A stretch of 63,547 nt of DNA, the filler included, from Saprolegnia diclina VS20 (taxonomy: Eukaryota): NCBI RefSeq assembly GCF_000281045.1. It is 5 parts of 2 records of this genome, joined end to end, with 100 filler letters (N's around TTAATTAATTAA, not from the genome) between each part and the next. Parts side by side here need not be neighbours in the genome. Positions count along the whole stretch, not along the records: positions 44,640 to 57,703 come from NW_008246091.1; positions 57,804 to 63,547 come from NW_008246092.1; 3 more parts are not named here. The stretch is one strand, 5' to 3'. This document shows positions 56,521 through 63,547 of the stretch, in pieces (the first letter of the stretch is position 1; the number at the start of each line of letters is the position of its first letter). The notes under the pieces were generated by a model, which ran no database searches, was not told where the DNA came from, and saw only the letters and a program-made list of their open reading frames with translations. The translations under genes and the position numbers were made by a program.

Positions 56521-56680
56521 ATACTTACCTGACTAGGGTTGGACCGTGCTCATGCAGGCGGTTCACCTAGGCCGGAGCAGGCCTTCATGCACTCCGGTGC
56601 TGTAATGGCCTAGGAGTGCCTTCGGGTTCCTCCATAGTGCAATTTTTGCCAGCGGGGGTGTGCGCGTGCGCCACCCCCAC
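56521..56680 (+). ncRNA. U1: U1 spliceosomal snRNA, copy 1
   Basis: 5' ATACTTACCTG; stem-loop I (ggaccgt-gctcatgcag-gcggttc); TGCACTCCGG loop II; Sm site AATTTTTG at 56641; terminal GGGGGTG..CACCCCC hairpin; about 160 nt. Confidence 0.93.
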
Positions 56681-57194
56681 CCCTCATTCTTACATTACCA
56701 TTGTACTTTTTTCTTTCCCTTTTTTTCACTACGATTTTACTACACGTCCCCACGTCCCCCCGAGACGAGCTCCGCCAATAAAGTGAATAACTTCATCTCC
56801 ACTAATATACCACGAATGCAATCGTCGAGTTGGTACGGATACTATCGAACGTGCCCGTATGTATCAACTTATCAATTTATTGTCCCTGATATATCAACTT
56901 GATCTATCGCACTTGATAAAAACGTGATAGAATCGCTACATGCCCCACACTGGCATCCATTGTTCAACGTACCACCCAACGATCATGTCGACACAAATGC
57001 TCGAGTTGGCATACGCCGTCAATTCCGTANNNNNNNNNNNNNNNNNNNNNNNNNNNNNNNNNNNNNNNNNNNNNNNNNNNNNNNNNNNNNNNNNNNNNNN
57101 NNNNNNNNNNNNNNNNNNNNNNNNNNNNNAATGCTCGAGTTGGCATACGCCGTCAATTCCGTAGCTCTTGAGGACAAATTCCCAATGTGATATC

Positions 57195-57354
57195 ATACTT
57201 ACCTGACTAGGGTTGGACCGTGCTCATGCAGGCGGTTCACCTAGGCCGGAGCAGGCCTTCATGCACTCCGGTGCTGTAATGGCCTAGGAGTGCCTTCGGG
57301 TTCCTCCATAGTGCAATTTTTGCCAGCGGGGGTGTGCGCGTGCGCCACCCCCAC
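57195..57354 (+). ncRNA. U1: U1 spliceosomal snRNA, copy 2
   Basis: Identical by eye to copy 1. Confidence 0.93.
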
Positions 57355-57809
57355 CCCTCATTCTTACATTACCATTGTACTTTTTTCTTTCCCTTTTTTT
57401 CACTACGATTTTACTACACGTCCCCACGTCCCCCCGAGACGAGCTCCGCCAATAAAGTGAATAACTTCATCTCCACTAATATACCACGAATGCAATCGTC
57501 GAGTTGGTACGGATACTATCGAACGTGCCCGTATGTATCAACTTATCAATTTATTGTCCCTGATATATCAACTTGATCTATCGCACTTGATAAAAACGTG
57601 ATAGAATCGCTACATGCCCCACACTGGCATCCATTGTTCAACGTACCACCCAACGATCATGTCGACACAAATGCTCGAGTTGGCATACGCCGTCAATTCC
57701 GTANNNNNNNNNNNNNNNNNNNNNNNNNNNNNNNNNNNNNNNNNNNNTTAATTAATTAANNNNNNNNNNNNNNNNNNNNNNNNNNNNNNNNNNNNNNNNN
57801 NNNTTCTAG

Positions 57810-57921
57810 GTTCCTTGTGGACAAAGTTGTCTACCTGATCAAAGACGACGATGACGACGACCTCGTCAAGGGCAACAAGATCAAGGTCGACTTGACTGTC
57901 TACGACGAAGACGACGAGTGA
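57810..57921 (+). CDS. Probable terminal exon of a gene lying in the gap
   Basis: A ttctag acceptor is followed by FLVDKVVYLIKDDDDDDLVKGNKIKVDLTVYDEDDE* with coding-like codon usage. Confidence 0.4.
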
Positions 57922-58512
57922 CAACCCTCTACCAGCAGTTTTCGTCCGCTTGTTTATACATATCAACTGCACTTGAAAGTTCCTTAGCGGTGGCACTGTG
58001 GATCACATTGGTCTCAAACAGCATGTGTCAAGCCACCGGTTCACCGCGGGTGCGATCTTTCATCACGTGGGGATGCCACTGGTCTCCGTGTTATCAGATG
58101 CGGCGAGCCAACTAGCAATAAATATAGAGTTTCGCAGCGTTGGGCTATGCGCCGCATGAGGCTTCTCGCCATTCCCTGCTTATAGCGCTCATGCATATAT
58201 GACTGTGAACGCAGGACGATGGTACGTCGCTCAAAAGGCGATCGTCTCTAATGTTCTTCTTCGCTCGTAGAAGCACTTTTGCTCGTGAACGTGAGCCAGT
58301 ACCAGAGATTATTAGAAGTGTACTCCTCATAATAGAAAATACTACTAGTAGAGCCAAGTGTTTAGTGGGGAGCCACCCTTTTTGCAAAGCGCTCGAAAAT
58401 AGACGGCTATTTTGAATTTCGAAGGGCGAAACGGCCTTGCACATCATCGCGCGAAGCAAGCTCGTTCTTGAATTTGCCCCGTCCTACGCAAGAGCGACCA
58501 CTTCCGATCTGC

Positions 58513-60465
58513 ATGCGCTGGCTGTCGCTTGTCGCTGCGGCCGTCGGTCTGTTCCCTACGGCTTACGGTACATCCTAGCGTCAATTGAGTTTGGCAACGT
58601 AATTCGTTCGTGACACAGGCGCGACATGCTCGTCGTCGAGTACGTGCAACCTGAACGTCAAGTGCTCGCTGCCATTGACGCAGCTCAGCGTCGGTGACGC
58701 GACTACGTGCCAACAAGCAAGTACAACTTCGCCTTGCTTGTCCTGCGCCGGCGTGGGCCAGCAGTGCTACAACGCCCCCGAGTGCAAAGGTCGCCTCCAT
58801 TGCCTGCTCAAACGCAATCTCAACAATTGGTTGCTCGTAGATTCGCTCTTTTACTGCGAGTTTTTGACGGCAGCCCAAGTGGCTGCGCTGCCAGCAGGTC
58901 ACCCGTGTCTGTCGACGGCGTGTCAACTGAGCAAGCAAAGTCCCGCGTGCATTGCTTCCGTACACCACTCCCATGCGTATATCGATTGTTGATGGCGTAT
59001 TCGTAGACGTTCCAAGCGTGCTGCGTGCCGGGCACACCGGGCTGCACCCAAACGGTGGCCACTTCGGGCTGCACGCCGAGCGGGTGCAGCTACTTCATGG
59101 GGCAGCCGACCATCACGCCCAACTACTCGGCGATCGCGTGTCCATTTGCAGACGCGTCGGCCACGTGTGCGACGCCGCAGTGCAACGCATCGTCCATCTT
59201 TCGCCAGATCGTCAACGTGTTTGCGGCCAACATTGGCTGCTCGGGCAGCTTTTGCATTCCGGCGCTCGTACGACCTCCGTTTTCACCTCCAAATGACCTC
59301 AATTGCCTCTCGATCGTAGATTCCTGGCGTGTGCGCAGCCGGCGTCAACCTCACGGCGTCGACGACCGCGTCGTTTCCGGGCTGCACCAACTACTTGGTG
59401 GACTATTGCAACAAGAACCCTTCCGATGTCGGCTGCCACCAAGTGTGTCCGTACAACTGCAACCTCCAAGCCAACTGCCCGTGCAAGTCGAGTGCGTGCG
59501 CAGCCGTCAACGCGGCGCCGCTCTGCGTGCGCAACACTGGCGTCTGCGCCAACTTTCGCAAGCTCTTTGTCAACGCCATGTTTACGCAGCGCTACTTCCA
59601 ACCCGCGTCCGACAACTTGGCGTACGCCAAGAACCGCGCCGGACCGCCCACGACGCCGTTTCAGTGGTCGGCCAGCCTCACGCAGGCGCGCGCCGACTGC
59701 AACGCGCTCGTCACTGATCTCGGCGACAACATTGCGTCGTGCGTCACCACGTCGTTTGCCTACTGCAACGCCAATCCGTGGGACCCGGTACGCTGCGTCA
59801 TCCATATACGGATAGTTCGTTGAACGTTCCTCGGTGCTGTAGGCATGCAAGAGTGATCTGAGCGTCTGCGGTGACGGCATTGTGTCGTGGCTTGAAACGT
59901 GCGACGAAGGACCGAACGTGACGGCGACCGGCGGCTGCACGGCGTGCAAGACGAATCTCAACTGGGAGTGCTACGCGCAAGGCACGCCGTGCAAGCGCTG
60001 CCTGCACCAGACGGGCTACGTGCTCGACATGCCCAACCCGGGCGTGTGTCCCTTCTGCGCCAACCTCCAGACCGGCAATACGTGGCCCTGCGCCACGACG
60101 ACGCCGTGTGCGGTGACGACGACGCTGCCGCAGAAGATCGCGTGCGACAACTATGTGCAAAAGTACTGCAANNNNNNNNNNNNNNNNNNNNNNNNNNNNN
60201 NNNNNNNNNNNNNNNNNNNNNNNNNNNNNNNNNNNNNNNNNNNNNNNNNNNNNNNNNNNNNNNNNNNNNNNCGATGCCACCAACGACGGTTCCAGCGCCG
60301 CAACCGGGTACTAGTCCGTCGACGGGTGACGTCGGCAGGGCAAACCTGCCACCAGTGCCAGCGGTAACAAAAGAAGCCGGCGCGACGCCAGCCCCCTTCA
60401 CTTGGCCCTCGTACTTCCGACCGTGGGACCGCGACGTGAGCAAGAAGAACGACAAGAAGCCCTAG
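58513..60465 (+). CDS. Secreted-type cysteine-rich protein, multi-exon (gap 60172..60271)
   Basis: MRWLSLVAAAV start, several Cys-dense exons bounded by GT-AG, one CGDGIVSWLETCDEG motif and a Pro/Thr-rich tail. Continuity across the gap is assumed. Confidence 0.65.
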
Positions 60466-60902
60466 AATGGACGTGACGTGGACTTGGTTCTCCGTCTTAA
60501 CGACCTTAACAACCAGCGCAATATATATGAACGTGTTTCGCGTTATCTTCATAGTTACACAAAGACGTCGCATACGTAGAGACTAGCAATCTCCTTCTTC
60601 TTCATTCGCTCGCCGGACAGCGCAATGGACACTATATAAGACTCAACGTGCAAAGAGCGATGCAAATGCTTTTTCAAACGATGCCATGCCACAACACCGC
60701 GCTCTGTACGCTCGACGCCAGCATAGAGATCCAACGGGCTGGCCACGCTGCTGGATAGGCCGTCGTACTCGGTGCGGATGCCACGTCATCAACGGGTGTA
60801 ACCGGATGTTTCGCCTCTGATTGGACAAAATGAGCTTCAATTCAACCAATCCAGCAGACCATAGCGTCGTTTGCGTCCGAATATTGCACGAACTCAGCAA
60901 TC

Positions 60903-63547
60903 ATGATGATGGCAGAGGTGGCAGGCCGCGGCCTGCGCGGCTGCATGCTACTGCTGCTGCTTGCGATCGCTGCGACGCAGGGCGTGATGCACTGGACCGA
61001 GAAGCAGCATCTCCAGGACAAGGCCAAGGAGATGTTCTTCCACGGCTACGACGCCTACATGACGCACGCGTTTCCGTGGGACGAGCTCAAGCCGCTGAGC
61101 TGCCAAGGCCGGCGCTGGGACCGCCGAGAACGTGGCGACTTGGACGACGCGCTTGGCGGCTTTGCGCTCACGGTATACGTCGCCCTTGCATGTCCTCTCA
61201 CCGCAGCGGCTGTAGCTCATCGACTCGCTCTCGATGCTCGCCATCGTCGACCGCGACCGCTTCGTCGAAGGAGTCCAGCACGTCATCGAGAGCGTAGGCT
61301 GCGCATACACCTTGCGTGCTCATGGCGTCTAGGTCTCGTTCGATCGCGACGTGACCATCTCGGTCTTCGAGACGACGATCCGCATCATCGGCGGCCTCCT
61401 CTCGGCCCATATGCTCGCGTCGCCAGCGTCTCTCTCGACCTCCGAGTTGCTTTCATTCTAACGATGACGTACGTAGGCATGTCGGCCTCATGCCGGTTGG
61501 CTACAATGACGAGCTTCTTGGCTTGGCCGTCGACGTCGGGCAGCGGCTCCTGCCTGCCTTCGACACACCGACGGGCATTCCCCGCCACCGCATCAACCTC
61601 AAGGTACGACACCATCTTCCTTTTACAAGACGACATTCCTCCAACAAACGCAATATATAGTACGGCGTACCCCGTGGCACGACCGCCGAGACGTGTCCCG
61701 CGGCCGCGGGCTCGCTCCTCCTCGAGATGTCGCTGCTGTCGCGGTCGGCTGCACGTGGATATGACGGGGTTTTGACAAGAAATCGTAGGCTCTCGGGCAT
61801 TTCGACCTTCGAAAAATGCGCCAAGAACGCAGTCTTGGAGCTCTGGGAGCGGCGCTCGGAGCTCCACTTGCTTGGGAGCACGATCAACGTCGAGACGGGC
61901 AGCTGGGTGCACACGCACACTGGGATTGGCGCGGGTCTCGACTCGTTTTACGAGTACCTCATGAAGTACTATGTCCTCTCGGGCGACACGGACTGGTTCC
62001 ACATGTTCAACCAGAGCTACACAAGCATTGAAGCGCACATGCTGCACGACGACGGGTACCACTTTGAGGTCGACATGAACTTTGGCAAGGACGTACTGCG
62101 CTCGCGGCGGGTCTCGGCGCTGCAAGCGTTCTGGCCGGGCCTCCAAGTGCTCGCGGGCGATGTGCGCGGTGCGATCCAGTCGCACGCCCGCCTCTTTGAC
62201 CTCTGGAACCAATTTGGTAGACAACTATTTCCACAACATTTGAGAGGATACATTATACATCTAGGCGCGCTGCCCGAGCTCTACGACATGGCGGGCGACG
62301 GTGAGCTCATTCGGTGGGGCCGCCATTACCCGCTGCGCCCCGAGCTCGCCGAGAGCACGTACCACTTGTACATGGCAACGAAGGACGAAAAGTACCTCAA
62401 GGTCGGGCGCAAACTGCTCCACGACATCGAAGAGACGTCGCGCGTCGCATGCGGCTACGCTGCCGTAGGTCCCGTTGCGCTTTGGTTTGAAAAATGTGAA
62501 AAAAACACAGGTCGCCAACGTGCAAGACAAGTCGCTTGAAGACCGCATGGACAGCTTCTTCTTGAGCGAGACGGTCAAGTACCTCTACCTCCTCTTCAGC
62601 AACGAATCGAGCGTGATCGTGCCAAGCCACGATACGACGCCGTATGCATCCTATACCAACATGTCGGTCGCCGTGCCCTCGTCCAAGGTCGCATTTTATC
62701 TTCATTTTGGGTGAAAATGGGGCCAAATCGGCTGACGACAACTGTGTGCGTAGGTGGTCTTTACAACGGAGGGCCACCTCTTCTTTGTGATGCCCCACCT
62801 CTTTCAAGACGCCGCGTCGCTCACCCAAAAGCAAAAGCATGCACCAACGTTCCGGACGTGCCGACCGTCGCGCCGGGCCCCGAAGATCGCCGCCAAGGTA
62901 CATTGGCGGCTTTGCCCAGCACGTTTTACATGGTATCTCTAGCGGGCAGTCGACGCCCAGGCAGCCGTCTCGGTGCGTGTCGGCGACCATCATCTCATGA
63001 CGTTTCCGGCGGCCCCAGCTCAGTTTGGCCACTCGCTGCAGGTCCAATTTCTCTCTCGCAATTAAAGGTCACAGGATGTCGATAGCTGGACGGCCACTTG
63101 GATGGATCTGTCTTTTTGTCCTTGGACGCGGTGGAGTATGCCTGCCACGACCTCTCGTCGCTCGTACCCCAACCACCTTCTCGAGGTTCAACCTAAGAAC
63201 TGGACTCTGTAGGCCGAGTCGCTGCGAGGCAAGATCGTCGTTGTCAAGCGTGGCCAATGCTCGTTTACTCGGAAAGCACTGCACGTGCAAGCCGCGGGTG
63301 GCATTGGCATGATTGCCGTCAACACCAAGGTCGAGCGCAAGGCGACCAAGTGGCAGCGCTTGTACAGCCTTTCGGTGCGTCTTGCATGGCAACGACCGAC
63401 CACCAAGTTGGTCACGTAGGACGACGGCGCCGGCGCCCGCGTTCGCATTCCGGTCGTCATGATCTCAAGCCGCGATGCGATGCTATTGCACGATGAAATG
63501 GCCTTGCTCGGCGTGCTCCCTAGCAACATGACGCTCTCCCTCGCGAC
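60903..63547 (+). CDS. GH47 ER degradation-enhancing alpha-mannosidase-like protein with a PA domain (EDEM3-like); runs off the window
   Basis: [90 protein letters not shown] and the PA motif [17 protein letters not shown]. Many short introns. Confidence 0.92.

Larger units (their letters stand above)
56486..57703 (+). repeat. Tandem U1 repeat with a true unit of 540 bp, probably a collapsed array
   Basis: aatgctcgagttggcatacgccgtcaattccgta occurs at 56996, 57130 and 57670. Both sides of the 100-N gap carry this same 34 bp, and 57670-57130 = 540. Confidence 0.88.

Noticed and set aside
56660..57576. Duplicated 80-aa ORF MRVRHPHPS...
   Set aside because: It starts at GTG inside the U1 3' hairpin and runs through pyrimidine-rich flank; a by-product of the U1 repeat.
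56486..57703. Tandem repeat or 17-mer repeats as a CRISPR-like array
   Set aside because: There are no unique spacers between repeats, no cas genes, and the context is eukaryotic.
13905..57759. Recurrent TTAATTAATTAA palindrome as a biological element
   Set aside because: It is always centred in a 100-bp N-run, so it is a scaffolding linker. Gene neighbourhoods across these joins should be treated as unverified.

Overview
Eukaryotic, GC-rich, gene-dense draft scaffold with many 45-55 nt GT-AG introns. Gene content and style point to an oomycete, most likely Saprolegniales (inference). Recognisable genes are a folate-biopterin transporter, exocyst Sec6, an ERI1-like exonuclease, a PH-domain MAP kinase, ATG101, an ankyrin protein, a BTB protein, a GH89 alpha-N-acetylglucosaminidase, an HSL-type alpha/beta hydrolase and a GH47 EDEM-like mannosidase with a PA domain. 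There is also a collapsed tandem array of U1 snRNA genes with a 540-bp unit. The accessory content is dominated by about 14 intact, partial or decayed copies of one family (basic KR motif, F-box-like helix, LRR-like body) in two clusters at 14-19 kb and 32-44.5 kb; most copies have a TTTCCCAC motif upstream. Four inverted-repeat structures lie in the first 29 kb, including a 186-bp-arm fold-back and a near-identical head-to-head duplication of a secreted solute-binding protein gene. Several enzymes appear to have lost catalytic residues: two 2OG-oxygenase-like proteins, a PARP-like protein and the ERI1-like nuclease. Four N-gaps contain an artificial TTAATTAATTAA linker, so adjacency across them is unverified. 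All family calls come from motif recognition by eye; no database searches were run.
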